DNA of 64,000 nucleotides from Candidatus Latescibacterota bacterium (lineage in GTDB: Bacteria; Latescibacterota; UBA2968; UBA8231), in the NCBI GenBank assembly GCA_965242865.1, contig CBDETK010000013.1:992001-1056000 (forward strand), written 5' to 3'. Under the pieces are notes generated by a model, which ran no database searches, had not been told where the DNA came from, and saw nothing but the letters and a program-made list of their open reading frames with translations. This document shows positions 30,407 to 40,247 of this stretch, piece after piece. The translations under genes were made by a program, and so were the position numbers. How positions within the stretch are numbered: position 1 is the stretch's first letter; every line of letters begins with the position of its first letter.

Positions 30407-30934
30407 TCATAGCACCAACACCTCGTCCGGTTTCAGATTCGGTTTTAAGTCCCAGTACCAGCCGCTGTCGCGCCGGATTTTTCGCGCCCCTAATTGCCGC
30501 AGTCGGTCCTGTAGCTTGTCTAAGCGATGGCGAAAAAAATGCCCTCGATCTAGGAGAAGCCGCGCCTCTTCGATCATATCGAGGTAAAGCAGCAGGCTTT
30601 GGTCGGCCTCTTCTCGCGATAGAATGACGACGTTGGGGGAAGGAAAAATGCGTTGCGCCACTAGTTCCGCCCAGCAGGCTTGGCGCCGCAGATGTCGCAA
30701 GATAGGCAGCAACAGCAGGACCCGTTCGCGATAAACCGGCGACGCCTTTTCCAACACGAGCAGCAAATCCACATCGCTTTCCGTCGTCGCGTTGCCGCAC
30801 GCCACAGACCCATAGAGGACGACGGAAAGGACCGCATCCCCTAGCGCCTCTTGGACCGCGGCAACAAAGCAGTCGAGCAACGGCTTATAGGTTGGGTAGC
30901 CGAATTGGGTCGCCTCGACATCTACGATGTTCAC
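30407..30934 (-). CDS. Nucleotidyltransferase domain protein (orphan MNT)
   Basis: LYGSVACG...SDVDLL; WYWDLKP tail; no intact HEPN partner. Confidence 0.85.
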   Translation of the reverse strand: MNIVDVEATQFGYPTYKPLLDCFVAAVQEALGDAVLSVVLYGSVACGNATTESDVDLLLVLEKASPVYRERVLLLLPILRHLRRQACWAELVAQRIFPSPNVVILSREEADQSLLLYLDMIEEARLLLDRGHFFRHRLDKLQDRLRQLGARKIRRDSGWYWDLKPNLKPDEVLVL

Positions 30935-30975
30935 GGGACTGCCTCCTGAAGTTGGGTAGTCCGTCTATTTGCTTC

Positions 30976-32004
30976 TTACAGTTGGACTTGGTAGCCGCGT
31001 TCAGCCGCCTCGTACGCCGCCTCGACAAAGCGCATGGCCTGCCAAGCATCGTCGCCATGGGTGATAAAAGCACCCCGTCCGCGGCTAGCGGCGACAAAGT
31101 CGGCGATAAACCCCTGTCCAGCCGCCCCGCCGTACCCGGGGGCCTCGCCGACAGCCAAGTCGAATTGCCGGTACTCGTCCTCGACCCAGCCCTCAGCTTG
31201 GCTTTGGACGATGAGCCGGTCGCCACGACCGTCCCAATCCTGCATCACCCACGTTGCATCCCCGGCCGTCCCCCTGAAGCACAAGTAGATATCGCCGTAG
31301 CGGCGCGGCAGGACATAGCCGGCGTGGAGGCTGCCCAGCGCGCCGTTGTCCATGCAAAACGAGGCGGCGAGCACATCTTCGACGTCGATGCCCGTGCCGC
31401 TCAAGGTCGCCTTGTGGGCGCTGACGCTCTGGTACTCTAGGCCGCTGATATAGCGAATCAAATCGACTGTGTGAATCGCCAGCCAGTGCAAAATTCCCCC
31501 GCCGGCCTGTGCGCGGTCAAAGAGCCAGTGGTCTGGGTTGCGCTGCTGCACGGTGCTGGTGATCATCCGCCCCTCAATGGAGACGATGCGGCCCAAGACG
31601 CCGGCCGCGATGAGTTGGCGCGTCTTGTCGGCGATTGGATGACAGCGGTTCAAAAAGGCCGTCGCCCACAAGACCTGCTGGGCGGCCGCCAGTTCGTTGA
31701 GGCGAGCGATGTCGGCGGCCGTGCGTGCGACCGGCTTTTCGGCAAGGGTCGGTACGCCGGCCTGCAAAAGCTGGGCGATGCGGTCGGGGGCTTGGTCGTT
31801 GCGCGTACATACTATGGCGAGTCCGAGCTTCTCGTCTGCTAACAGCGCGTCCAAGCGGTCATACACCGCATCGACGCCCGGGCATGCTTCGGCCGCACAG
31901 ACGACCAACCGGCCCACAGCCTCGCTGTGCTGGAGCGAGGTCAGCCACCCGCGGCTGTGGGGATTGTCCAGCCCAACGAGGGCGGCGCACACTTTATCCG
32001 TCAT
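30976..32004 (-). CDS. Gfo/Idh/MocA oxidoreductase
   Basis: EKP motif, GGGILHWLAIHTVD. Confidence 0.88.
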   Translation of the reverse strand: MTDKVCAALVGLDNPHSRGWLTSLQHSEAVGRLVVCAAEACPGVDAVYDRLDALLADEKLGLAIVCTRNDQAPDRIAQLLQAGVPTLAEKPVARTAADIARLNELAAAQQVLWATAFLNRCHPIADKTRQLIAAGVLGRIVSIEGRMITSTVQQRNPDHWLFDRAQAGGGILHWLAIHTVDLIRYISGLEYQSVSAHKATLSGTGIDVEDVLAASFCMDNGALGSLHAGYVLPRRYGDIYLCFRGTAGDATWVMQDWDGRGDRLIVQSQAEGWVEDEYRQFDLAVGEAPGYGGAAGQGFIADFVAASRGRGAFITHGDDAWQAMRFVEAAYEAAERGYQVQL

Positions 32005-32980
32005 GGTAATCCACCTGCTTTCCTTCCCGCGCCGAGCGGTAGATGTTTTCCAACAGCGCTACGGTGCGGCGGCCCTCGCGGCCATCGACCCGCAGCGCGG
32101 TTCCGTTTTCTAGGGCCGAGACCACGTCCTCGACGACATTAGTCAGCCGATTGGGCATGGCCAGCAGCTTCTCTTCCAGCCCATCGCCAAACACGCGCAT
32201 CTCGCCCGACAGCACCGCGTCTAGCAGCACCCCTCCTTCGCTGCCGTGGACCTCGGCACTAAAGTACGGGCTGGCCGGAAAGGTTGTCGTGCCCAAGATG
32301 CCGCCTTTGGCGCCGCTGGCGAAATTCAAGATGGCTTGGCCAATATCCTCGGTCTCAATGTCGTGGTTCATAATCGCGGTTTCGCCATAGACGGTCTTGG
32401 GCACACCCATGAACCACAGCAGGAGATCGATCAGGTGCGAGCCTTGGTTGGCCAGCGACCCGCCGCCGTCCATCGCCCAAGTGCCGCGCCAGCCGCCGCC
32501 GTGTTCAAAGTATTCCTGCGAGCGAAACCACTTAAAGCGCACTTCCCCGAGAATGGGCTGGCCCAACAGGCCCTGCTTGAGGGCCTCGGCCACTCGGTAG
32601 TTGTTGGCCACGTAGCGGCTTTGGTAATCAACGCCGAGCAAGAGGCCGCCGGCGTCGGCCGCGGCGATCAATTCGTCGCAGGCTTTGGTGCTGACGTCCA
32701 TGGGCTTAGTGGTGATTACGTGCTTGCCAGCATTGAGTGCTTGGACGCCGATTTGGGCGTGCAACCCGCTAGGCGTCATCACCAGCACGACATCGACATC
32801 GCCCCGCCCCAGCGCGTCTTCCAAACGGACGCACCACGAGCACCCCATTTCCGCGCCGACTTGGCGGGCCAACTCCTCGTTGAGATCGACGACCACGCGC
32901 AGCTCGGCCCCTTTGGTCTCGACCACTTGCCGGGCGCGGTTGCGCCCCATGCCCAGCCCTACAACAGCAAATCCGATCAT
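31994..32980 (-). CDS. Gfo/Idh/MocA oxidoreductase
   Basis: VVGLGMG, TPSGLH, DGGGSLANQGSHLID. Confidence 0.9.
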   Translation of the reverse strand: MIGFAVVGLGMGRNRARQVVETKGAELRVVVDLNEELARQVGAEMGCSWCVRLEDALGRGDVDVVLVMTPSGLHAQIGVQALNAGKHVITTKPMDVSTKACDELIAAADAGGLLLGVDYQSRYVANNYRVAEALKQGLLGQPILGEVRFKWFRSQEYFEHGGGWRGTWAMDGGGSLANQGSHLIDLLLWFMGVPKTVYGETAIMNHDIETEDIGQAILNFASGAKGGILGTTTFPASPYFSAEVHGSEGGVLLDAVLSGEMRVFGDGLEEKLLAMPNRLTNVVEDVVSALENGTALRVDGREGRRTVALLENIYRSAREGKQVDYHDG

Positions 32981-33054
32981 GGAAAACCTCCTTTTATGAA
33001 TAAATGACTTGAAAGCATAGAATGTTCATCGACGCCGTCTTTTTTGCTACGAGG

Positions 33055-33094
33055 CGTCATTCCCGCAAACGCGGGAATCCAGTCTTGAATGACG
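33055..33094. repeat. REP/dRS3-like palindromic repeat
   Basis: CGTCATTCCCGC-AAAC-GCGGGAATCCAGTCTTGAATGACG; related copy at 52993-53061. Confidence 0.75.
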
Positions 33095-33122
33095 TAAGAT
33101 TGCTGCTATATATCCAATTCAT

Positions 33123-34436
33123 AAAAAACCTCCGTGAAACGGCTCGCTTTAGCGGGCAGAGGGATAGGAGTTGCTTTTTGTGACGGGCGCGAAAGCGTCC
33201 CTGAACAAAAGCAAATATAGCCCTTACGTAATGGATTATCGATCACTATACTTAAGGGTATGGAAACGATACGCACCCTTTCTTGTAAGCTCGCCGTTCC
33301 CCATCCAATCAAAGATCGGATTGAGGCTACGCTTGAAGCGTTTTCCCAAGCCTGCGACTTCGTTGCGGATTGGGGCAACGAGCACAAGAAGCATCGTCAA
33401 TACGACCTGCATAAAGGCTGCTATAAAGCGATACGCGCTGAGTTTGGGTTGTCGGCTAATCTTGCGGTTCGGGCCATTGCCCGGGTCGCGCCTCGACTGG
33501 CCAACACCAAGACGCGCCCCAGCCGCTTTAAGCCGACTTCGATTGACTACGATGCTCGGATTTTCAAGCTCGATGTGGAAAGCGAGACTGTGAGTATCCG
33601 CTTGCTTGATGGCCGGGTAACGCTGGCGATGCAACTCGGCGACTTCCAACGGCAGGCACTGGCGGGTCAAACCCCAACCAGTGCCACACTCAAGAAGGGG
33701 CGCAAGAACCGCTACTACTTGGATGTACAGGTGAAAGAGGATGCGCCCGCACCGCCTTCGGATGCGGATGTCAAGGCTACCCTCGGCGTTGATTTGGGCA
33801 TCCGTCACCTCGCCACTGATTCCGCAGGACACTAGTTTCAGGGAACAGACCTTGCTGACTATCGTTCGCACCGAGCCGATGTTCGGGCTTGGTTGCAAGC
33901 GAAGGCACATCGGGGCACCAAGGCAACGCGCAAAGCCTGCCGCCGTGCCCTTAAACGGCTTTCGGGTCGGGAGCGTCGTCACCAGAAACAGATCAACCAC
34001 GAGATTAGCAAACACTTGGTTTCCTTCGCATTGAAGCGAGGATTGGCCATTGTCTTTGAACAGCTCAAGGGCATCCGCGACCGCTGCCGGGTTCGCAAAG
34101 CGCACCGGCGGAGGTTGAACTCGTGGGCGTTTTACCAGTTGCAGCAGTTTGTTGAATACAAAGCCAAGCAGGCCGGGGTCCGCATGGTCTATATCGACCC
34201 GCGCTATACCTCTCAAACCTGCTCGAACTGTCTGCATATCGGGATACGACGCCAAGATGATTTCGCCTGCAAAGACTGTGGGCACCGTTCCCACGCCGAT
34301 CTCAATGCGGCACGGAACATTGCCCGCTGGGGCCTCGCTGTAATCCGAGGCGAATACTCCCTGCTCTCCTGCCCGCTCCCAAGCGGCGGAAGGGTGGGAG
34401 GGTAAAGCGGACAGCGTTAGCTGTCAGTGCGATTAC
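33123..34436 (+). mobile_element. IS200/IS605-family tnpB-only (IS1341-like) element, copy 1
   Basis: Boundaries defined by identity with copy 2: begins after TCAT, ends at GATTAC; subterminal hairpins; no TSD. Confidence 0.92.
33260..34405 (+). pseudogene. tnpB: TnpB RNA-guided nuclease with a premature TAG (33833-33835)
   Basis: RuvC GVDLG / VFEQL / HADLNAA and CSNC...CKDC zinc finger; copy 2 has CAG at the same codon. Confidence 0.92.
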
Positions 34437-35076
34437 CAAGGCGTCTATCTGCTAGCCGCTCAAGGCGTTTCGCCTGAGTCAGAAGGGTTTGGCGCAACCC
34501 CAGCGAGACGTTCCTCTCGCTTATGAGCCGGGCCAAGCTGGCGATCGTACTGGCCCTTCTTGCTATTCTAACATCTGGATGTCGCTCCCTAGCGTAGATG
34601 TGCGCTGGTATTATCCTCGCTCGGTGCGATTTGGGTAACTCAACTAGTTCGGTCGGCGGTATATCTTCCTCGTTGAGAATCGCACCAATCGCAGATTCTT
34701 GCAGGAGCTTCTCAAATACGGTGTATTCCGCTTTGTCCATGAGAAGTTTGGCCTCTTTTTTCTCGTCAGTCGTCCGTGGCGAAATGTCAAAGAAGGGCCA
34801 AACTTCCACTTCTGCTACTTCTACCGGGTCAAGGACGAATTTACCCACCGCATCACTCCTTCTTCCCGTGAGATGGCGACCAATCCGCCCCCGGACCTTC
34901 TCAATGGTCTGCCCGACATAGATGGGCTCCCCCTCATAGTCGTAGAATGCGTAGATACCGCAAAAGGCATTGCCAATTTTGCGTCCTTGCTCGTCTTCCG
35001 TGTCGTAAAATTTCTTTATCTCTTCTTGAATGTCCCTGACATCTTGTGGGGACGATTGCTTGGTTCTTTGAGCCAT
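34417..35076 (-). CDS. GIY-YIG nuclease (partner of Dcm); last codons supplied by the IS
   Basis: GIYAFYD...IYVGQT...RIGRH; start overlaps the dcm stop. Confidence 0.85.
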   Translation of the reverse strand: MAQRTKQSSPQDVRDIQEEIKKFYDTEDEQGRKIGNAFCGIYAFYDYEGEPIYVGQTIEKVRGRIGRHLTGRRSDAVGKFVLDPVEVAEVEVWPFFDISPRTTDEKKEAKLLMDKAEYTVFEKLLQESAIGAILNEEDIPPTELVELPKSHRARIIPAHIYARERHPDVRIARRASTIASLARLISERNVSLGLRQTLLTQAKRLERLADRRLGNRTDS

Positions 35077-36197
35077 TATGCTTTTACCTCACTCAACTCA
35101 TCAACCACCGGATTGAGATAATGTCGGGCTATCCACTCGACAGCCGATACGCATACGGCGTCGCCAAAACCAAATAGAGCTCTGTTCAATGGTAAGTCTG
35201 GACGGAGCGTGAATTCATCGGCCCCCATTAGGCGGGCGCATTCCCGCGGCGTAAGCAGACGGACGGCATACGCCCCGTGGCCGCCGCGAAAAAGAATTTG
35301 TCGGCCGCTGCCACCCCGCGGCGTTCGCAAACATCCGGCGATACCATCGGTGCGTAGTTCGGCCATGGATCGCTTGTTCCGCACCCGGCGAAAGACCGTG
35401 CCATAAGAATACTTTTTGCCAGCGATCATTTTTTCGGCTATCGCCCGGTGCCGTTGGCTCATCTGGTTCAGCAGGTACTCGGCTCGTTCCTTGCTCCACC
35501 ATTCCTCAACCTCATCCGGCAAGTCTTCGAGCACATCTTCAAGCGTCTGGTCGTTGCCAGTAATTTCTGGCAGCTCCCGAATATGCCATGCCAGTTCGGG
35601 GTGGGTGGCCATAAAATGGGCGAGAGCCTTAGGCCGAGTTTGGCTCGCGATGAGTGCCGGTTCAAGCAGTGCAGGGCCTTTTCGTTTTCCTTGAACGCCC
35701 ACCACAAAGATCCTTGGCCGGCTTTGCGGAACAAACCACGCCGCATTGAGGATAAAGGCATCCACTTGGTAGCCTAGATCGTTCAGGGCCTGTAAGGCAC
35801 AGCGCAAGTCCTCGCCTTTGTGGGAGGTCAAAAAGCCGAGGACATTTTCCAAAAGCACTATCGCCGGCCGGCGCTCGTCCATTTTTTTCAAGACCTTCAC
35901 AAACCCCCAAAAGGCAGAAGACGCTTTGCCGTTTAGCCCCTGTCTGGCCCCGGCAAGCGAGAGATCATTGCAGGGAAAAGAGGCCGTAGCAAGAGTGACC
36001 GACGGCAGCCAAGCCCCTTCCACGTCGTGAATGTCTCCGACGACAAAATGCTCGTCGGCATCCGCGAAGTGGGCCTTGTACATCGCATGCTTTTCCTCGT
36101 CGATATCATTGGCCCAAGCTATATTCCATCCCGCGCGTTCAAGGCCCATTCTCATCAGACCGATACCGGCAAAAAACTCGGCAACCGTTTTTTCCAT
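35076..36197 (-). CDS. dcm: DNA (cytosine-5) methyltransferase
   Basis: FFAGIG, SFPCNDLS, ENV, PQSRPR, GDAV motifs. Confidence 0.93.
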   Translation of the reverse strand: MEKTVAEFFAGIGLMRMGLERAGWNIAWANDIDEEKHAMYKAHFADADEHFVVGDIHDVEGAWLPSVTLATASFPCNDLSLAGARQGLNGKASSAFWGFVKVLKKMDERRPAIVLLENVLGFLTSHKGEDLRCALQALNDLGYQVDAFILNAAWFVPQSRPRIFVVGVQGKRKGPALLEPALIASQTRPKALAHFMATHPELAWHIRELPEITGNDQTLEDVLEDLPDEVEEWWSKERAEYLLNQMSQRHRAIAEKMIAGKKYSYGTVFRRVRNKRSMAELRTDGIAGCLRTPRGGSGRQILFRGGHGAYAVRLLTPRECARLMGADEFTLRPDLPLNRALFGFGDAVCVSAVEWIARHYLNPVVDELSEVKA

Positions 36198-36247
36198 GGC
36201 GATTTCGCTAGCTCCTCTCCAATGGTCGCTTTCGCCTGAGTCGCCCG

Positions 36248-37876
36248 TCAATCCTCCACCACGTGCAATCGCTGGTTGGCGGCCACATCTTCGAGCACTT
36301 GCACGCCCCCGGCCGGCCAGTGAATTTCCAGCCGCTCAACGCGCTCTGCCGTGCCCAAGCCAAACACCGGGTCGCGCTGGCTGGTCGAGAGAAAGCCCGA
36401 CCCCGCCTTTACTTCCCGGACCTGCCCCTGTCCACCGGCCCATAAATACAGGCGAGCACCGATGCCGTCGCGGTTGCTGTGGCGGCCCTTTAGCGCGACC
36501 GCGAGATAGTGGCCCCCAGTGCCGTCGTTGCGCAGCAGGGCGAAGCGGCGGCCGTTGTTGACGAGGGCAATGTCCAAGTCGCCGTCTTGGTCGATGTCGC
36601 CAAAGGAGGAACCGCGCACCACGTACCAAGCGGCAAAACCCGGGCCGCTCTCAGCGGTCACTTCGCGGAAGACGCCCGCGCCCCGATTGCGAAAGAGCTG
36701 GGCCTGTTGGGCGTAGGTCACCAATTGGTCGTATTCCTCAATGTTGTCGTGGACATGGCCGTTGCCCACAAACAGGTCGAGCTGTCCGTCGTGGTCCGCG
36801 TCGAAAAACCCCGTGCCAAAACCGAGGTAGCTCAGGCTGAGATCGCCGAGGCCGGCCTTGAAGCTGATCTCGGAGTAAAACGAGCCGTCGTTGCGATACA
36901 GCCCGTTGTTTTCCAACTGGTAGTTGGTGACGAAGAGGTCGAGGTCGCTGTCTTGGTCTATGTCGCCGGCATCGACGCCCATGCCCGCTTGGCTGGCCCC
37001 GTCGGCGCTCAGCGCGGTCCCGGCCAGCAAGCCGGTCTCGGCAAAGGAGCCGTCGCCTTGGTTGACGTAGTGGAAATTGGGCGTCAGATCGTTGGCCACG
37101 TATAGGTCGGGGTCGCCGTCTCCGTCAAAGTCGCCCGCCACCGCGCCCAACCCATTGCCGGCGTGCTCAATACCCGCTTGGCGGCTCACCTCGGAAAAGA
37201 CGCCGTGGCCCTCATTGCGGTAGAGGATGTCCTCGGTAGGCGCAAAGACCCTCGGGTCGCAGTAGAAGCGCAAGCCCAAATCCTCGCGGCCGCACCAAGG
37301 CTGTTCGCCCAAGGCAAAGCGGACGTATTGCGCGGCAAAGAGGTCGAGATCGCCGTCGAGATCGTAGTCGAATGCAACCGCGCTGGTGGTCCATCCCGGG
37401 TGGCCGAGCCCGGCCGCGACCGTCGCATCCACATAGCCTCCCTCAACGCGCCGGTAGAGCTGATCCGGCCCCCACGCCGTCAGGTAGAGGTCGGGGCCGC
37501 CGTCGCCATCGTAGTCGGCCGCCGTAACCCCCATGCCGTAGGACGTGCCGGGCGCGCCGGCGGCACTGTCCAGCCGCGCAAAGGCGCGTCCATCGTTGCG
37601 AAAGAGCTGGTTGGAGGCCGTGCCCCGCCCCCGCTCCAAGTCCCCGCTGTTGACCAAGTACAAATCCCAATCGCTGTCCGCGTCGTAGTCGAGAAAGGCA
37701 CTGCCGGCGCCATTGGTCTCGGGCAGGTTCTTGGCGGGCGAGGCCCCGTTGTCGTGGACGAAGTCAATGCCCAATTCGCGGGCGACCTCCACGAAGTGGG
37801 GCTGCCCATAGCTGGTGGCCGCCAGCAGGAGCACGAGGAGCAGGCCCCCCCTGCTATCCCCTGAGCAGCGGCTCAA
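36248..37876 (-). CDS. CRTAC1 / ASPIC-UnbV family FG-GAP repeat protein
   Basis: Multiple DxDxDGDxDL repeats, SNRDGIGA...VFGLG C-terminal domain; start uncertain. Confidence 0.88.
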   Translation of the reverse strand: MSRCSGDSRGGLLLVLLLAATSYGQPHFVEVARELGIDFVHDNGASPAKNLPETNGAGSAFLDYDADSDWDLYLVNSGDLERGRGTASNQLFRNDGRAFARLDSAAGAPGTSYGMGVTAADYDGDGGPDLYLTAWGPDQLYRRVEGGYVDATVAAGLGHPGWTTSAVAFDYDLDGDLDLFAAQYVRFALGEQPWCGREDLGLRFYCDPRVFAPTEDILYRNEGHGVFSEVSRQAGIEHAGNGLGAVAGDFDGDGDPDLYVANDLTPNFHYVNQGDGSFAETGLLAGTALSADGASQAGMGVDAGDIDQDSDLDLFVTNYQLENNGLYRNDGSFYSEISFKAGLGDLSLSYLGFGTGFFDADHDGQLDLFVGNGHVHDNIEEYDQLVTYAQQAQLFRNRGAGVFREVTAESGPGFAAWYVVRGSSFGDIDQDGDLDIALVNNGRRFALLRNDGTGGHYLAVALKGRHSNRDGIGARLYLWAGGQGQVREVKAGSGFLSTSQRDPVFGLGTAERVERLEIHWPAGGVQVLEDVAANQRLHVVED

Positions 37877-38714
37877 TATGGTCTTTGGCGCGCAGCAAGC
37901 CTTCCTGTTGCAGCTCGGGCGTCTGCCAGAAGTAGTGGTCTTCGAGTTCCACCGAGAGCACGCCGTCGTACCCCACGTCCTCGAGCCGGCGCAGTACAAA
38001 GTTCCAATCCACTTCGCCCTCCCCGGGAATGGTATAGCGCCACCAACCCTCGCCACATACGTACGTCGAGCTATACGCCTCGCCCAAGTTGCCGGATTCG
38101 TAGAGCTTTTCCGGCATGATCTCGGTATCCTTGAGATGGACGTGTCGCACGCGGTCGCCAAACTCGTGCAAGAGCCGCTGATAGTCTATCTGCAAGCGCA
38201 CGAAGTGGGAGGGGTCGTAACAAAGACCCAGCCGCGGCGATGGGCAGGCCGCAAAAATCAAGCGCAGGCTCTCGGGCGAGCAGCCCAGATTGGGATAGTG
38301 GGGCCGACCGCCCGGCCACGGTTCAATGGCGATGTTGACGCCCACCTTCTCGGCGTGGGCCACGACTCGGGGATAGACCTTGGCAAAAATTGCAAAGGTC
38401 TCGGCCTTGGACATGCTGGGGTCGTCCGGGGCGAGCACCGTAAAGAGCGTGTGGCCGCCGTACCGGGCGATCGCGCTCAAGCTCTTCTTAATTTCGCTCA
38501 AGCCCTTGCGGCGCTGGGCCGCGTCGCGGGTGAGGACTTGGCCGCTGCCGTCGGCCGTGCCGAGGGCCAAGCCGAGCTGCTCGCAGGTGCGGGCGATCGG
38601 GCGAGTCAACGGCGGGGTATCGACCGCGCCAAAACCGTGCTCGGCCAACCACGCGGCATAGGCGTCAAAGCCGATTTGACGGGAGAATGGGGGCATGCGA
38701 GTGCCAATTTTCAT
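37854..38714 (-). CDS. Sugar phosphate isomerase/epimerase (TIM barrel)
   Basis: IAIEP, YDPSH, HVHLKD, GYDGVLSVELED. Confidence 0.88.
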   Translation of the reverse strand: MKIGTRMPPFSRQIGFDAYAAWLAEHGFGAVDTPPLTRPIARTCEQLGLALGTADGSGQVLTRDAAQRRKGLSEIKKSLSAIARYGGHTLFTVLAPDDPSMSKAETFAIFAKVYPRVVAHAEKVGVNIAIEPWPGGRPHYPNLGCSPESLRLIFAACPSPRLGLCYDPSHFVRLQIDYQRLLHEFGDRVRHVHLKDTEIMPEKLYESGNLGEAYSSTYVCGEGWWRYTIPGEGEVDWNFVLRRLEDVGYDGVLSVELEDHYFWQTPELQQEGLLRAKDHIEPLLRG

Positions 38715-38830
38715 GGAGTTCCCTTCTTTATGGGGTTGGAAATGACGGCCATCCACCAATGGGCGCGGACCGGCGCGTAGGTTGACGGCTCGTGGGCGCG
38801 TAGTAGCTCGCCCGGCGGGTGCTGCAAAAA

Positions 38831-39046
38831 TTAGTTCAGCACCTTTAGGAGAATGGTTATTTGCAAGCCGACAATGCCAAACAGGATGCCAATAATCCAC
38901 CGGTGGCTTGCGCGAAGTTCAGCGCGCAACTCGGCTACGGCTCGCTCAAGGGTGTCCAAGCGGCGGTCTAACTGCTCGGCAATCCCTTCTAACCGTCCAA
39001 TGCGGCGGTCGTGGTCTTGTGCTTGGGTTAGAGGGTGTTCGGTCAT
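38831..39046 (-). CDS. Small coiled-coil protein with C-terminal TM
   Basis: RIGRLEG...LERAVAELRAELR then WIIGILFGIV; GGAGG RBS. Confidence 0.75.
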   Translation of the reverse strand: MTEHPLTQAQDHDRRIGRLEGIAEQLDRRLDTLERAVAELRAELRASHRWIIGILFGIVGLQITILLKVLN

Positions 39047-39134
39047 CTGTTCCTCCGTTGGCTGTGGCTGGGATTTTCAAGGACCGGCTGAAATGTCGGG
39101 CTTTAGCGCGGCGGTTGCAATGATGCGCGCCGGA

Positions 39135-40247
39135 TTAAGCCGGGGCGCGGCCTTGCTTGGCTGGATCGACCCACTGGGTCACGATCAGCGAGACAAAAGC
39201 GAGGAGGGCGCCGCTGATAAAAATGACCTCGTAGCCAAAGAAAAGCCACGCGTACCCCCCGACTAGGGGCGCGGCCACGGCCGCCACGTGGTTCATGGTC
39301 ACCCCCATGGACAGGGTGGGTTTGAGTTCGTCGGGGGGCGCGATTTTGTGGGCGTAGGTCGTGAGCGCGATCCCGCCGAAGAAGATGAGGTTGTCGAGGC
39401 AATAGAGCGCGTACAGACTCGGCCGGTGCTCCACGAACGCATAGCCCAAAAAGACCAAGACCAACACGCTGTAACTGAGCGTGAGCATCCGCCGCTCGCC
39501 AAAGCGATCGACCAATCGGCCCATCCACGCAGCCGTCAAGGTAATGAGCGTTTGGTTGATCAACACCAAGACCATAGTCGTCTCCACCGGCATCCCGTGT
39601 ACTTTCACCAAGGCAAAAATGGCAAAGGTGATGAACATCTGCTTGCGCAGGCCCTGGAGGAAATTCAGGGCGTAGTAGAGTGCATAACGCCGCTTGAGCA
39701 CCCAGCGCTTCTCGCCGGCCGGCGCGTCTTGGTTGTCGGCCCAAAACAGGGCCAAGCCCCCGGCGGCCGTACACGCCCCGGCCAAGACGAAAACCCCTTC
39801 GTAGCGCAAAAACTCCAGCCCCAGCATGCACCCGCCAATGGCCGCTAGCCATGCCAAGCTGCTGATGCTGCGCAATTGCCCCAGCCAGCGGCCCTTGTCT
39901 GCGGTCGGGCCGTAGGTCAGGCCCATGCTCTGCTCGAGCGGGAGCCAGCAGTGAAAGCCCAAGCTCCACACCAGCGAGAACGAGGCCAGCATAAAGACCG
40001 AGGACACCTCCGCGTACGCGGCCAGCCCGACGCCCATCACCACCAGCGCAATGGCCGCGACTTTTGGCGGGGTGCAGCGGATAATCAGCACTAAGAAGAA
40101 CGCGTTGAGAAAACCAGGGACTTCGCGCAGGGCCTCGACGTAGCCCAATTCGTGCGGCTCAATGCCTAGCCGCTCCACGACGAAGTTGTTGAACAGGGTC
40201 AGTTGCACCCCGAAGAACACCCCCGTCCCGGCCACGGCCACGGCCAA
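39135..40247 (-). CDS. MFS transporter
   Basis: Multiple TM, GRLVDRFGER motif; true start probably upstream. Confidence 0.85.
   Translation of the reverse strand: MAVAVAGTGVFFGVQLTLFNNFVVERLGIEPHELGYVEALREVPGFLNAFFLVLIIRCTPPKVAAIALVVMGVGLAAYAEVSSVFMLASFSLVWSLGFHCWLPLEQSMGLTYGPTADKGRWLGQLRSISSLAWLAAIGGCMLGLEFLRYEGVFVLAGACTAAGGLALFWADNQDAPAGEKRWVLKRRYALYYALNFLQGLRKQMFITFAIFALVKVHGMPVETTMVLVLINQTLITLTAAWMGRLVDRFGERRMLTLSYSVLVLVFLGYAFVEHRPSLYALYCLDNLIFFGGIALTTYAHKIAPPDELKPTLSMGVTMNHVAAVAAPLVGGYAWLFFGYEVIFISGALLAFVSLIVTQWVDPAKQGRAPA

Noticed and set aside
33833-33835. In-frame TAG in tnpB as programmed readthrough or recoding
   Set aside because: The sister copy has CAG, and TAG serves as a normal stop in other genes here; a point mutation is simpler.
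33260-34405. Nuclease-dead TnpB (TldR/dCas12f-type) regulator linked to the sigma factor at 59592
   Set aside because: RuvC catalytic residues are intact, transposon ends are present, and the sigma factor is RpoD-like and distant.
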